Under the pieces are notes generated by a model. That model was given only the letters and a program-made list of their open reading frames with translations. It was not told where the DNA came from and ran no database searches. From positions 1,041-65,040 of the forward strand of contig JAURAI010000009.1 of assembly GCA_030829545.1 (NCBI GenBank): a stretch of DNA of 64,000 nucleotides. Direction: 5' to 3'. The translations under genes were made by a program, and so were the position numbers. This DNA comes from Poseidonia sp. Lineage in GTDB: Archaea; Thermoplasmatota; Poseidoniia; Poseidoniales; Poseidoniaceae. This document shows positions 25,957-35,868 of the stretch, in pieces (within the stretch, counting starts at the first letter, position 1; each line of letters starts with the position of its first letter).

Positions 25957-27261
25957 TCATTCCCACCCATGCCAAATTTGCCATTCATCATCCCACCAAT
26001 CCAACGTCCCATCGGCGTGTTGACGCCAAAGAACACCTTGGTCATCAAGTGTGGTAGGCAATCCTTGGGCATCTGGAGAGCCGTCTTCAAGGACTTGCGG
26101 TGTTGGGCCAAGAGAAGGAAGTTGCAGGGGCTCTGGCTCTCTGTTACGGATCAACAAAATGAACACGAGCAAGGTGACAATCAACGCAAGTGCACCAATG
26201 GAGAACCATCCAACTGATTCGGTTGGCGTCTCGGGCCCGAGTGAGGTCGATGGCAAAGCTGCGCTTTCATTTTCGCTGAGGTCCGGTTGTGGCAAACGAA
26301 TAAGATTCATACCCTGTGTAGAAGAAATCATTTTTTCAGTCACAATTTCAAGGGATATCAAGTAGGCCCCTGCAGGAAGTTCACTGCAGTCCAAAGAGGT
26401 ACTGTTGGCGCCTTCAACGACCTTCCCCTTGATGCGCCAAACCTTCATCAACCCGTCATAATCCATGTTCTGTGTTGTTTTCACAGCGATTTTGCAAGGT
26501 GTTTCTGTGGTATTTTGATGGCCACTTGCGACGAGTGAAAATTCAGGAGGAGGGCGATTGTTGATGGTGAAATTCAGCGTGGATTCTGCTGTTTGCCCCA
26601 ACCCGTTTCGGTAGGTCTCCTTAAGTTTGTAATCGCCTGCTGGCCATGATGAACAATCCAGTGTTTCGTCCGAATCAAGGACGCTGAATGGTGCTCCGGT
26701 GAAGGTACGAACACCGGTCTCTCCATAGCGTGGTCCTGTTTCATCACCAAAATGCCGGTGGATTTCACACACTTCCCCCGTCCTGATGGAACTTGCAGCA
26801 TTCAGTTGAAGGTCAACCAATGGGATTTGTAATGCAGGTTTGAGAAGGAAGGTTGGAAGCGGATATGAAGCGATGGAATCGCCGTCATCATCAAAGAAAT
26901 CAAGCCTCAAATCGTGTTCGCCCGCTGACCAAGCATCGTAGATCAGACTCACATTGGTTTGACCTTCAAAGGACACTTCGATGGTTTCAAGAACATCTCG
27001 TTCCTTATGCAACCCCCTCAATTTGATTATGAGGTCGTTTTCGGCCGAGGTTGAATTCAAAACAATCACAACACGAACCGCGTCAATGTCACTGTCTTGA
27101 TTGGTGTCAATGGTATCGTTTCTCAAAGCCAGCAGAGTCAAACCGCGCTCTGCAAGGCGTTCCTCAGCAGTCATATCGGCTGATGCCTGGGGCATTGGTA
27201 CGAGCAAAAGCATCAGCAAGAGAGTGATGGTGTACGCCGTCATGCGGGGATTACTGAGCAT
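25957..27261 (-). CDS. Type-I membrane protein with Ig-like ectodomain repeats and Trp-rich (WW-like) cytoplasmic tail
   Basis: Signal peptide ...TITLLLMLLLVPMPQASA. The two ectodomain halves share similar C-x-x-x-PAG-x-Y patterns. TM WFSIGALALIVTLLVFILLI. Tail GVLWRQHADGTLDWWDDEWQIWHGWE. The start is ambiguous: GTG 27270, ATG 27261 or ATG 27243. Confidence 0.7.
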   Translation of the reverse strand: MLSNPRMTAYTITLLLMLLLVPMPQASADMTAEERLAERGLTLLALRNDTIDTNQDSDIDAVRVVIVLNSTSAENDLIIKLRGLHKERDVLETIEVSFEGQTNVSLIYDAWSAGEHDLRLDFFDDDGDSIASYPLPTFLLKPALQIPLVDLQLNAASSIRTGEVCEIHRHFGDETGPRYGETGVRTFTGAPFSVLDSDETLDCSSWPAGDYKLKETYRNGLGQTAESTLNFTINNRPPPEFSLVASGHQNTTETPCKIAVKTTQNMDYDGLMKVWRIKGKVVEGANSTSLDCSELPAGAYLISLEIVTEKMISSTQGMNLIRLPQPDLSENESAALPSTSLGPETPTESVGWFSIGALALIVTLLVFILLIRNREPEPLQLPSLGPTPQVLEDGSPDAQGLPTTLDDQGVLWRQHADGTLDWWDDEWQIWHGWE

Positions 27262-29770
27262 CGATCTCACCTCCTTGCATCTCCGGGAGCGGTGGTAGGT
27301 CTTCTAGGGGAATCAATTGCGGAACAGTGGTGCCAATTCCAGGTGCTGCCATGAGTTTCATCTCTGCATCAAAAGCAAGTTGTTCCATCATGGTAGCCCT
27401 GCTGCGAGACATTCGGACGATGAGTGCTCCTGCGCCCCCGATCAGGAAGCCGAGTCCAATGATGAGGTAGGTCAACCACGAAGCGGCTGGGTCTTCTCCC
27501 ATAATGGCGATGGCGGCTGCTAATTCGCCATAATCATTTGACCATCCGTCTCCATTTTCGTCAGGGCACCCCTGAAGGTCGCGCTTGGACTCACCTGCCA
27601 CATCGGGGCAGTCGTCCCTGAACGCACCCAAAGGAAGGTCACCAAAGCCGTCCCTGTCGGTATCGGCCCATTGCAGTGCTTCGGTTGGGAAGGCATCGCC
27701 CATTCCAAATGGATGAGCTGGCCAATTTTCCGTAGGGTCCGACCAACCATCGCCGTCGGTATCACGGCAGCCAAGACGGTCGAGAATTGAGGTACCACGT
27801 GTTTCTGGACAGGCGTCTCCTTGATGTCCAGTCATTCGATCGCCGTAGCCATCACCATCACTGTCCCTCCATTGAGAGGGTTCGTGAATAAAGGCGTCAC
27901 CCAAATTTGACCAGCCGTCACCGTCGGTATCCTGGCAACCCCATCGGTCGCCGCCGGATGAAGGACCGACCGAAGTACCTGCTACGTCGGGACAGACATC
28001 CGCAGTTGTGCCCATTGGGTTATCGCCACGTCCATCGCCGTCGCTGTCATGCCACTGCGTTGGGTCTTGTGGCCATGCATCACCAGAACCGCCCGGGCTA
28101 GCAAGCCAGTAGGAGGTCGGATCAGACCAGCCATCACCGTCACCGTCCGGGCAACCCCAGCGGTCGAAGGTCGAATTACCCTCGGTCGTTCGGCAGCTGT
28201 CGGGCCGGTAGGATGTCCTCCATGTTTGGCCGTCAAAATACTCGAGATTATCCCCGTAGGAATCATCATCGGTGTCGTGCCATTGTGAGGCATCATCAGG
28301 GAAAGCATCTGCAAAACCAAATGGATGAGCAGTCCACAATTCAGTTGGATCTGAATAGCCGTCCTTGTCCGTGTCTCGGCAACCCAACCGGTCGAAACGG
28401 GAAATCCAATCGTTGTCGACTTCCTCGGCGGTTGAGGCGACACACACATCTCCCTCGAATCCAGTCAGGTTATCACCATAGCCATCCCCGTCACTGTCTC
28501 GGAATTGAGATGGGACGAATGGGAAGTCATCGATTTGAGTGGCACCGTAGGTTTGGTTATCACCCCACCCGTCATCATCGGTATCCTGCCACTGGGTTGG
28601 GTTGAACGGGAAATCATCGATGAGTTGAGCGCCCATTGTTTGGTTGTCGCCCCATCCGTCTCGGTCAGAATCTTCCCATTGGGTCGGTTCTGCAGGGAAG
28701 GCATCTGAACCGTTTTCAATGGTCCAGTTTTCATCGCCGTCAGAAAAGGTATCTGCGTCTGAATCAGGGCAGCCAAACCGATCTGAGAAGGACGTGCCCG
28801 TAAGGAAAGGACAGGCGTCAGGTTGCGAGGCATTGCCGACATATTGACCGATTCCCCACACTGCACGGCTATCGTTGAGTGAAGCGTCAGCCCAATTATC
28901 GCCGTATCCATCGTTATCGGTGTCGTTCCATTGGCTGCTTTCAGAAACAAATGCATCGGCTTTTCCTACGGGATGTGCAAACCATGCCTCATAGCCGTTG
29001 AGGCCGCCAGGGTCTGGGTCAGAATAGGAGTCCCCATCGGAATCAATGCATCCGTATCGGTCAGAGGAAGAGTAGCCTCGGCTGTATTGACAGTGGTCGC
29101 CTTGGTAGCCCTCGAGGTTGTCTCCGTAGCCGTCGTTATCTGAGTCAAGCCATTGTGAGGATTCACTTGCAAAGGCGTCTGCACCGTTTTGAACGCCCCA
29201 CCCTGTATCGGGATCGGACCATCCATCACCGTCTGAATCCGTGCAACCTTTTCGGTCGTTGGTCGAGGTACCTACCAAGAAGGTGCAGTCGTCTTCGGTA
29301 TCAACAAAACCATCTTCATCGCTGTCACGATTGGTTTTGTCAATGGACGGGGTAATGGTATAATCAAAGCCATCATTACACCACGAGTCTTTTCCTTCGA
29401 CTTTCAGGATGATTTCTCCGGCTGTGGAAAGCGTGGACGAAAGTGTTGAGGTCGGTGAACCATCGTCCACATTTTGAGTAACAGACCCCATCGTGAAGGT
29501 GCCTTCCCATCCATCGTTTAGGCACCACCATGCGGGATTGCTCATGCTTCCCGAGAATGTTACTTGCACGATGTCGCCCTTTTTCCCTTGAATTTTCCAA
29601 TAGTCACGCTTGTCGTTGGGAGAACAGCCGTCTGGGTCACAAACATAGCCGCTAGAAGAGACTCCATCAGTGAGACCGTTAGCGCTTGTAGCGGTGTCAT
29701 CGGCTGATGCAACGGGCAGATGAAGCAGGGTGATGGAAAGGAAGACTACCAGCCACCACCTGCCTCCCAT
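27251..29770 (-). CDS. 839-aa type-I surface protein with thrombospondin type-3-like Ca-binding repeats
   Basis: Signal peptide. An N-terminal beta-sandwich-like domain of about 140 aa. About 10 modules of GC-x-D-(S/T)-D-x-DG-(W/Y)-SDP...DAFP-x-(D/E)-x-(S/T)-QW-x-D-(S/T)-D-x-DG-(Y/W)-GDN. TM LTYLIIGLGFLIGGAGALIV. 48-aa tail ending LEDLPPLPEMQGGEIDAQ. Confidence 0.85.
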   Translation of the reverse strand: MGGRWWLVVFLSITLLHLPVASADDTATSANGLTDGVSSSGYVCDPDGCSPNDKRDYWKIQGKKGDIVQVTFSGSMSNPAWWCLNDGWEGTFTMGSVTQNVDDGSPTSTLSSTLSTAGEIILKVEGKDSWCNDGFDYTITPSIDKTNRDSDEDGFVDTEDDCTFLVGTSTNDRKGCTDSDGDGWSDPDTGWGVQNGADAFASESSQWLDSDNDGYGDNLEGYQGDHCQYSRGYSSSDRYGCIDSDGDSYSDPDPGGLNGYEAWFAHPVGKADAFVSESSQWNDTDNDGYGDNWADASLNDSRAVWGIGQYVGNASQPDACPFLTGTSFSDRFGCPDSDADTFSDGDENWTIENGSDAFPAEPTQWEDSDRDGWGDNQTMGAQLIDDFPFNPTQWQDTDDDGWGDNQTYGATQIDDFPFVPSQFRDSDGDGYGDNLTGFEGDVCVASTAEEVDNDWISRFDRLGCRDTDKDGYSDPTELWTAHPFGFADAFPDDASQWHDTDDDSYGDNLEYFDGQTWRTSYRPDSCRTTEGNSTFDRWGCPDGDGDGWSDPTSYWLASPGGSGDAWPQDPTQWHDSDGDGRGDNPMGTTADVCPDVAGTSVGPSSGGDRWGCQDTDGDGWSNLGDAFIHEPSQWRDSDGDGYGDRMTGHQGDACPETRGTSILDRLGCRDTDGDGWSDPTENWPAHPFGMGDAFPTEALQWADTDRDGFGDLPLGAFRDDCPDVAGESKRDLQGCPDENGDGWSNDYGELAAAIAIMGEDPAASWLTYLIIGLGFLIGGAGALIVRMSRSRATMMEQLAFDAEMKLMAAPGIGTTVPQLIPLEDLPPLPEMQGGEIDAQ
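27527..29329 (-). repeat. Tandem TSP3-like two-motif modules (about 55-65 aa each)
   Basis: Periodic DSDGDGWSDP / DTDDDGWGDN motifs with conserved Cys pairs. The modules are paralogous to those in the 2106-aa protein. Confidence 0.85.
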
Positions 29771-29831
29771 GAATCGGGATAGGTCTATGGATTATCAAAC
29801 GAACTCCTACGGAGGCTCGGCGTTTGGAGAT

Positions 29832-31226
29832 TCAAAGTCGCTGTTTTCCAAGGCATTGACGGAAGCAATCGGTGAGGTCCGTGTGTTGGAATTCATACCC
29901 GCTTTCGAGCAAACGATGGGGTGTGACTCGTTGACCATCAAGCACCAAAGCCTTTCCCATTTCTCCGAATAGGGTTCGTATAGCGAAGCCCGGGACAGGA
30001 ATGAACCAGGGGCGCAGCATCACTTTCCCAAGGGATTTTGCAAAGGCCTTTTGCTGTGCGGGCTCGGGCGCTGTTAGATTGTAAGCACCCTCGCAAGAGG
30101 GTGTCATCATCAGGTGGTGGATGGCGTAGATTTGGTCGTCGAGTGAAATCCAGGAATAATATTGCCGTCCTCCACCGACAGGCCCCCCTCCACCGAGTTG
30201 AGTTGGGAGAAGGAGTTTCTTGAGAACACCACCCATCGGCGTGAGAACGAGGCCTGTTCTCAACCACACCGTTCGAATGCCTGCATCAACAGCAGGTTGT
30301 GCTGCTGCCTCCCATTCCTGACAGAATTCTGCGAGGAAATTATCGCCCGGGGGTGAATCCTCGGTCAACACCTCATCCTTTCGATTGCCATAGAAGCCAA
30401 TTGCTGAGCCACATAGAAAGTTGGATGGAGGATGTTCTAATTTGCTGAGGATAGTTGCGAGATTGGCGGTTGGCGTGGTCCGGGAGTTGACGACGAGTTC
30501 CTTTCGCTTCTTGCTCCATCGCTTGTCACCGATTCCCGCTCCAGCGAGGTGTATAACCGTGTCAAAACCGTTTAAGTCTCCTTCAAGAACCTCTCCAGTT
30601 TGGTCGTTCCATCGAATGACGTCGTCGTTGTTCGCATCGGGTGGCAACACCGTTGTTGGACGAACCAGACGAGTGACTCGATGCCCGGCAGCGGAAAGGA
30701 AGGCACACAATTGCAAGCCAATCAGTCCTGTAGACCCGCTGACGAGGATGTTATGTCGCCCTTTATCTGCAAATTGCGAAATTCGCTTCAAGTCGTTCTG
30801 TACACGAAGCGTCCGATAGGCGAACATTTGGTTCATCCGTCCCTTCACGGTGAACGGTGCTGACCAAAATGTCAGCGGATGAAAGGGAAGTTTCCACTGA
30901 ACTGTGTCTCGAATTTGGCTGGATTGTGCGTCGACACCGATGAAGCGGTGTTCATGATCCCATTTGCCGAAGGGTCCTTTTTCCATGACATCGTTGAATA
31001 CCTCACCGCTCACAACGTCATAATGACGGGCAACCCACATCATTTTGACTGGCCCGAGACTGACTTTGAAACGGGTGGTGGCCCCGTTGACCAAGGCTCC
31101 TGCTTCAATCGGTGCAATACCTTCCCATTCGGGCATGATACGACGAAAAGCCCCCGGGCTGTTGTACCAGTCCCACACGTCTTCAACCGGGGCATCGTAG
31201 GTGGCGAGATGTTCGTAGGTTGGCAT
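29832..31226 (-). CDS. SRPBCC ligand-binding domain fused to NAD-dependent epimerase-family protein (YfcH/SDR39U1-like, DUF1731 C-terminus)
   Basis: The N-terminal 150 aa are polyketide-cyclase/SRPBCC-like. ILVSGSTGLIGLQL is a Rossmann motif. The C-terminal TPHRLLESGYEF is typical of the DUF1731 end. The gene starts 9 nt after the photolyase stop and is preceded by GAGGAC. Confidence 0.8.
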   Translation of the reverse strand: MPTYEHLATYDAPVEDVWDWYNSPGAFRRIMPEWEGIAPIEAGALVNGATTRFKVSLGPVKMMWVARHYDVVSGEVFNDVMEKGPFGKWDHEHRFIGVDAQSSQIRDTVQWKLPFHPLTFWSAPFTVKGRMNQMFAYRTLRVQNDLKRISQFADKGRHNILVSGSTGLIGLQLCAFLSAAGHRVTRLVRPTTVLPPDANNDDVIRWNDQTGEVLEGDLNGFDTVIHLAGAGIGDKRWSKKRKELVVNSRTTPTANLATILSKLEHPPSNFLCGSAIGFYGNRKDEVLTEDSPPGDNFLAEFCQEWEAAAQPAVDAGIRTVWLRTGLVLTPMGGVLKKLLLPTQLGGGGPVGGGRQYYSWISLDDQIYAIHHLMMTPSCEGAYNLTAPEPAQQKAFAKSLGKVMLRPWFIPVPGFAIRTLFGEMGKALVLDGQRVTPHRLLESGYEFQHTDLTDCFRQCLGKQRL

Positions 31227-31235
31227 GGTTCGTCC

Positions 31236-32780
31236 TCATTGGTGGGCTGAATACAGAGATGGTCCAGAGCCGAGTGCTGTTTGAACCGACCTTGGGTTGT
31301 TGTACTTCTCCATGTAGGCTTTGGTGTTGAATTTTCGTTTGGTTGAGTCGGAGGTCATGCATCGGATCTTTCCGAAAACAGCTCGTTCGGTCCAGCCTCG
31401 GTCGAATTTACCCATCACCCAACCAATGCCCGTGTAGGAGTTGGGGTCACGGCCGTCAAGAGCCCATCGGTCGTTGATGGCAATCATCCATTCCATGGCC
31501 AATTCGGGGGTTGGAGACCATTCGAGTATTTTCTTTCCCCATAGCATCCGAAGATAATTGTGAATGATTCCTTCCTGACGAAGCTGGTTTTGGGCTGCAT
31601 TCCAAAGTGGGTCGTGGGTTGCAGCGGCTTCAAATTCTTCCAGCGTGTAGATGTAGGGGCGTTGGTCATTGGCGTGCTCTGCGAGCGTAATCTTGGCCCA
31701 TTCGGGCAGGGAACTGTATTCCATGTGGTCCTCAACCATGGCGCAGTGGATGAATCCGATATCGCGCCAAGTGATGACCTGGTCAAGGAAGGCTTCAACC
31801 GGTTCAGACAGGCCCCACCAGCCACGACGACGTCCGTCGTTGGGAAGGTTGACGAGGGACACATCCCAACGACTTTGAGTGAAAATCTCATGAAGGATTT
31901 GATGAACGCTGATGTGTCCGAAGTGGAGCCAGGGAGAGATGCCGCTCGCCCCTTTTTCATTCGGGTGGTTTCGCTTCTCATGGTAGTTTTCGAGACGCTC
32001 GTTGTAGAATTCTCTCCAACGCCGTCGTGCTTCAATCCAGCCGCCTTTCTTACTGAGGACCGGAGAAACATTGTGGTCGATGCTCAGCGTCGAAAGCGCT
32101 TGTCGTCCGACATCTCCGCCTTCAGATACCCGCCACAGGAATTCATAGGGTGTTTGTGGTGTTTCGGATTGATCGAATATTTCACTGACGATGTGTTCCG
32201 AAAGCCAGGGGAGGTCCGTTGCCTGCTCAAGAGGTCGTGCACTCGGAAAGTCATGCATGTGCTCACGGATGGTCTTGTGGAGATGCCGTCGCAGTGAGTA
32301 GGCCGTTGAGAACGCCCTCCCTTGTGCACGCATCGCCATGAACCCGCTGGAGTCAACCACTCGGATTTCACAGGGCTTGACATTCAATGCAGTATTGAGT
32401 ACGTGCTTGGGGTAGTAGGTAGGATAATCATCAATGATACAGATTTTGGCACGCTGAAGCCACGCCTTGAGCAGGCCAGATGCTTCTTTCCGCTTGGTTT
32501 CAATGTAGGGGATGTAAGTGACGCCTGTTTTAGCAAAAGTGTCTCGATTGTCAAGCATGCCCTGGAGGACAAAGGTAGAGATGCGGTCGTTGGCCCATTT
32601 GTGCTGAAGTGCCAAACTTTCAATGACCACCAAGGGCAGGTTGTGATCTTTGGCAATTTCGATACTGTGTTCGAGGGCGTGGTTCCAATGTGGACGGCGA
32701 GCCGCAGTCATCCAGTACAGAATGTATTCACCCGACGGGTTGGTGGTGCCGTGGATTTGGATACGAGTTGAGGCAATCAT
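31236..32780 (-). CDS. Deoxyribodipyrimidine photolyase, class II CPD type
   Basis: YILYWMTAARRPHWNHAL near the N-terminus. C-terminal HNYLRMLWGKKILEW...DPNSYTGIGW...GKIRCMTSDSTKRKF is characteristic of class II photolyases. Confidence 0.9.
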   Translation of the reverse strand: MIASTRIQIHGTTNPSGEYILYWMTAARRPHWNHALEHSIEIAKDHNLPLVVIESLALQHKWANDRISTFVLQGMLDNRDTFAKTGVTYIPYIETKRKEASGLLKAWLQRAKICIIDDYPTYYPKHVLNTALNVKPCEIRVVDSSGFMAMRAQGRAFSTAYSLRRHLHKTIREHMHDFPSARPLEQATDLPWLSEHIVSEIFDQSETPQTPYEFLWRVSEGGDVGRQALSTLSIDHNVSPVLSKKGGWIEARRRWREFYNERLENYHEKRNHPNEKGASGISPWLHFGHISVHQILHEIFTQSRWDVSLVNLPNDGRRRGWWGLSEPVEAFLDQVITWRDIGFIHCAMVEDHMEYSSLPEWAKITLAEHANDQRPYIYTLEEFEAAATHDPLWNAAQNQLRQEGIIHNYLRMLWGKKILEWSPTPELAMEWMIAINDRWALDGRDPNSYTGIGWVMGKFDRGWTERAVFGKIRCMTSDSTKRKFNTKAYMEKYNNPRSVQTALGSGPSLYSAHQ

Positions 32781-33280
32781 GATTGGCGACCTCCAGAGGG
32801 CGTTGAAGAGACCGCTGCGCGGTACACAGAGTACGGGCGGTCACGACGTGTCAATCCTGATTGTCCTCCAAGGTTCGCAGGTTGGGTCAATCCGTCGATG
32901 GCAAGCTGTTGCATGGTTTCTGAGACCCACTTGAGAGACTGAAGGTCGCTAAGCGAGAACCATCCTGATGAAGAGATTTCTTCGCTGCTATCTTGAATTT
33001 GACCGGCATGGATGGCGACGTCGTAGCACAGGAAGACTGCGGGATGATCTTTGCGCAGCGCTGTGCGAACCCCAGCGAGGCCGAGTATGCGTCCGTCGAA
33101 GCCTGATTCCTCTGCGAGTTCCCGCAGCGTTGCTTCTTCTGGGCTTTCGCCTTCCTCAACGTGACCTTTGGGCAATCCCCAACAGCCTTGGTGACGGCCC
33201 TGCCCCTCTTGTACGAGGAGAATTCCACCATCTGCAACAACCCGTGCTGCAACTCCGAGGTCACATGAAATGGTCGCCAT
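32777..33280 (-). CDS. Nudix hydrolase
   Basis: Nudix box GLPKGHVEEGESPEEATLRELAEESGF. It overlaps the photolyase start by 4 nt. The start is placed at ATG 33280 (TTGATATAG TATA-like box about 27 nt upstream); the ORF track uses GTG 33304. Confidence 0.8.
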   Translation of the reverse strand: MATISCDLGVAARVVADGGILLVQEGQGRHQGCWGLPKGHVEEGESPEEATLRELAEESGFDGRILGLAGVRTALRKDHPAVFLCYDVAIHAGQIQDSSEEISSSGWFSLSDLQSLKWVSETMQQLAIDGLTQPANLGGQSGLTRRDRPYSVYRAAVSSTPSGGRQS

Positions 33281-33348
33281 CAGATTCGTAAAATTTTCTT
33301 TCACTATATCAAGAACGGTTTAAGTCCAGTGAAGGGAAAAGACGAGTG

Positions 33349-33357
33349 TTTATATAA
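33349..33357 (+). promoter_or_regulatory. TATA box (TTTATATAA) for the ribA operon; leaderless transcript
   Basis: Centred 26 nt upstream of the ribA ATG (33379), with no Shine-Dalgarno sequence in between. Confidence 0.6.
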
Positions 33358-33378
33358 GAAATCTAGAGATTTCCTAAC

Positions 33379-33990
33379 ATGCTCAGCAGCAACCAAAAAA
33401 CCCTCGATACACTTCCCGAGTCCGACGCAGCACTACCTACTCAATTCGGAGATTTCCGCATCCGTGCGTTCAGAGATCCATCCAACGGGAAAGAGCACTC
33501 CGTACTCTATGTAGGCGACATAACAGAAGGACACCCTCTCGTTAGGATTCATTCGGAGTGCCTAACTGGTGACGCTTTTGGATCACTTCGCTGCGACTGT
33601 GGCCCCCAGCTTCAGGCATCGATGAAAGCGATCCAAGAGGCGGGCAAGGGCGCTATCGTCTACCTGCGCCAGGAAGGCCGCGGTATCGGCCTCTATGCGA
33701 AAATGCAGGCCTACGCCCTGCAGGATATTGGATACGATACTCTTGATGCCAACCTGGCTCTCGGACTTCCAGCGGATGCTCGCCGCTACGATGTCGCAGC
33801 TGAAATGCTCTATGCCATGGGCGTGGAGGGCGTTGAATTGATGACCAATAACCCAGAAAAGCGGCAACAACTGCTCGATAACGGCATTCGTGTTGCCAAC
33901 CGCATCCCTCTCATCGTCGGTCGTTGTGCCCAAAACAGCTCCTACTTGCAGACCAAGGCAGTCCGAATGGGCCATATGCTACCTATCTGA
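33379..33990 (+). CDS. ribA: GTP cyclohydrolase II
   Basis: [24 protein letters not shown] and [11 protein letters not shown] motifs. Confidence 0.9.
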   Translation: MLSSNQKTLDTLPESDAALPTQFGDFRIRAFRDPSNGKEHSVLYVGDITEGHPLVRIHSECLTGDAFGSLRCDCGPQLQASMKAIQEAGKGAIVYLRQEGRGIGLYAKMQAYALQDIGYDTLDANLALGLPADARRYDVAAEMLYAMGVEGVELMTNNPEKRQQLLDNGIRVANRIPLIVGRCAQNSSYLQTKAVRMGHMLPI

Positions 33991-33999
33991 GGCCTTACC

Positions 34000-34467
34000 A
34001 TGTCAACGCACCTTATCGGCCAAAATGTCCCTCAATTTTCTCTTGAAACTGATGACGGTGCGGTCTTTGAAAGCGCCTCGCTGAACGGAACATGGCGCGT
34101 CATCTTTTTCTACTCGAGAAATAACTCACCAACGTGCAAGCGAGGCTGCCTCACCTTCAAAGAACAACACGATCTTTTCGCTTCTGCGGGATGCTCCATC
34201 ATCGGAATCGGACCGGGAACAGTTGAAGAACAGGCAGTTCACAAAGCCTCATTGGGAGATTTGCCCTTCCCGCTACTTGCTGACCCTGAACGTTTGGTTG
34301 GCAAAGCATTCGGTGTGCCCGTACACCTTGGCCAATTCCCGGCCAAATCATCCTTCCTGATCGGCCCAGACAACACCATTCACTACGTCTATGACTGGCT
34401 TTTCAGACCACGACGACACGTCGCAAAGATTCTAGCAGACATTTCTAAGGTTACGGGGGACAATTGA
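34000..34467 (+). CDS. bcp: Thiol peroxidase, Bcp/PrxQ-type peroxiredoxin
   Basis: AhpC/TSA-fold length and pattern. Candidate peroxidatic Cys in NNSPTCKRGC. PLLADPERLVGKAFGV. Confidence 0.8.
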   Translation: MSTHLIGQNVPQFSLETDDGAVFESASLNGTWRVIFFYSRNNSPTCKRGCLTFKEQHDLFASAGCSIIGIGPGTVEEQAVHKASLGDLPFPLLADPERLVGKAFGVPVHLGQFPAKSSFLIGPDNTIHYVYDWLFRPRRHVAKILADISKVTGDN

Positions 34468-35868
34468 ATGTGGGACGAATTATTACTTGAGGCAGGACTC
34501 AACGAACGTGAAGTCCGCTCGATCATGATTCTTGGCTCAAGGCCACGCATGAAAGCCTCTGAACTCGCCAAGGAATTGAACACGACCAGACTCGATGCGT
34601 ACAACAGCCTGTCGAGGCTGCAAGAAATGGGTATTGTCACGGCGACAGCAGACCGCCCAATGTTATTTTCAAGCCTCCGAATCAACGAAGCAATGGAGCA
34701 CATTATCAACTCCAGAAAACAGCAGCTTGATCGTCTCATCCACGGATTTGACGATCTCTCCAAAGGAATTACTGAGACAGACGCGTCCTACGAGAAACAA
34801 CGACGGGATATCGATGACCCACGATTCGCTGTGCTGAAAGAACGAACCCACATCTACAATCGGCTCCAAAAGATGGCTGCTGAATCCGAAGAGCGCCTGA
34901 TCTTATTGCTCGGCCAATTCGGAATCCTCCACCTCTGCCGCAACCCCGACGCTCTTGAAGCGGTCAATACCGCTGCGGTACGTGGTGTCGTCGTACAAAT
35001 CATCACGCATCTTGACGGCCGGACCCTGCGGTTCTTTGACCAATTGAACGGAAGCATCGAAGTTCGTCACTCGGATGAACTCGACTCCCTCGGCTTCGTA
35101 CAAGACCAGGCTGAAGTGATTCAATACCTCAATATCGAAGACAATCCTGTCGGACGAGGAAAAGAAGACGCTGCACTCATCATCGAATCTGGGCCTTTCT
35201 CTCAGGCTCACCTCCACCTAATCGATGCCATTTGGGAGGGAGCCGTACCACTTGCAACGGCCCGTGCCCGCTTTACTGAAAATCAAATCAACGACCCGTT
35301 GCGCTTGACCATCGGCGAGGGTTCCTTCCTGAAGAACGTCTCAGTTGCTCTTGGCTTTGACGGGGAGCTGCCCGACGAGGATACTCCCTTTGACCCCGAT
35401 GCCTTCTTCGCTGCGGGACATGAAGTCAACGAAGCTCGGATGCGTTTGACAGAGGGTAAACTCTCCAATCTCAAAGTTCTGGGAATTGATATCGGGCGAA
35501 TGCTTCGTCAAATTGGAAATCGTGTTGGACAAGAAATAGCCTTCTCGCTTCGTTCTATAGAAAACGATATCGAGTTCCTCGACGAAATGATGGATTGGTG
35601 GGAGCATGCCGGTTTGGGTTTGCTCCAATACGATGTTGACCCACAATTCCATGTCCGAGTAGGCCTTAACCACCCTCCAGTGGAAGACATTGATGCGCTA
35701 CCAATGTGGGAAATGGATGATGGAATCATCGAAGGGGCTCTTTCGACCCGCTTCGCTAAGGAAGTCAACGTTGTGATTCAACGAACTGAGGGTGAAGGCG
35801 ATGCAAGTGATTTGTGGCGGTACATCATTCATCGCCACGAAATGAAAATGATCGAGTTAGGCGACTAG
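34468..35868 (+). CDS. TrmB-family HTH transcriptional regulator with large C-terminal sensor region (possible V4R-like domain)
   Basis: The N-terminus LLEAGLNEREVRSIMILGSRPRMKASELAKELNTTRLDAYNSLSRLQEMGIV is a TrmB-type wHTH. The C-terminal region (GRMLRQIGNRVGQEIA...WWEHAGLGLL...WEMDDGIIEGAL) resembles V4R, tentatively. The ATG abuts the bcp stop (TGAATG). Confidence 0.7.
   Translation: MWDELLLEAGLNEREVRSIMILGSRPRMKASELAKELNTTRLDAYNSLSRLQEMGIVTATADRPMLFSSLRINEAMEHIINSRKQQLDRLIHGFDDLSKGITETDASYEKQRRDIDDPRFAVLKERTHIYNRLQKMAAESEERLILLLGQFGILHLCRNPDALEAVNTAAVRGVVVQIITHLDGRTLRFFDQLNGSIEVRHSDELDSLGFVQDQAEVIQYLNIEDNPVGRGKEDAALIIESGPFSQAHLHLIDAIWEGAVPLATARARFTENQINDPLRLTIGEGSFLKNVSVALGFDGELPDEDTPFDPDAFFAAGHEVNEARMRLTEGKLSNLKVLGIDIGRMLRQIGNRVGQEIAFSLRSIENDIEFLDEMMDWWEHAGLGLLQYDVDPQFHVRVGLNHPPVEDIDALPMWEMDDGIIEGALSTRFAKEVNVVIQRTEGEGDASDLWRYIIHRHEMKMIELGD

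Noticed and set aside
25956-26111. N-terminal 52-aa extension of the DUF4105-like ORF, which would overlap the upstream gene by 155 nt.
   Set aside because: An internal ATG 1 nt after the upstream stop, preceded by GGGTGGGA, gives a protein that starts with a proper TM anchor. The extension has no features.
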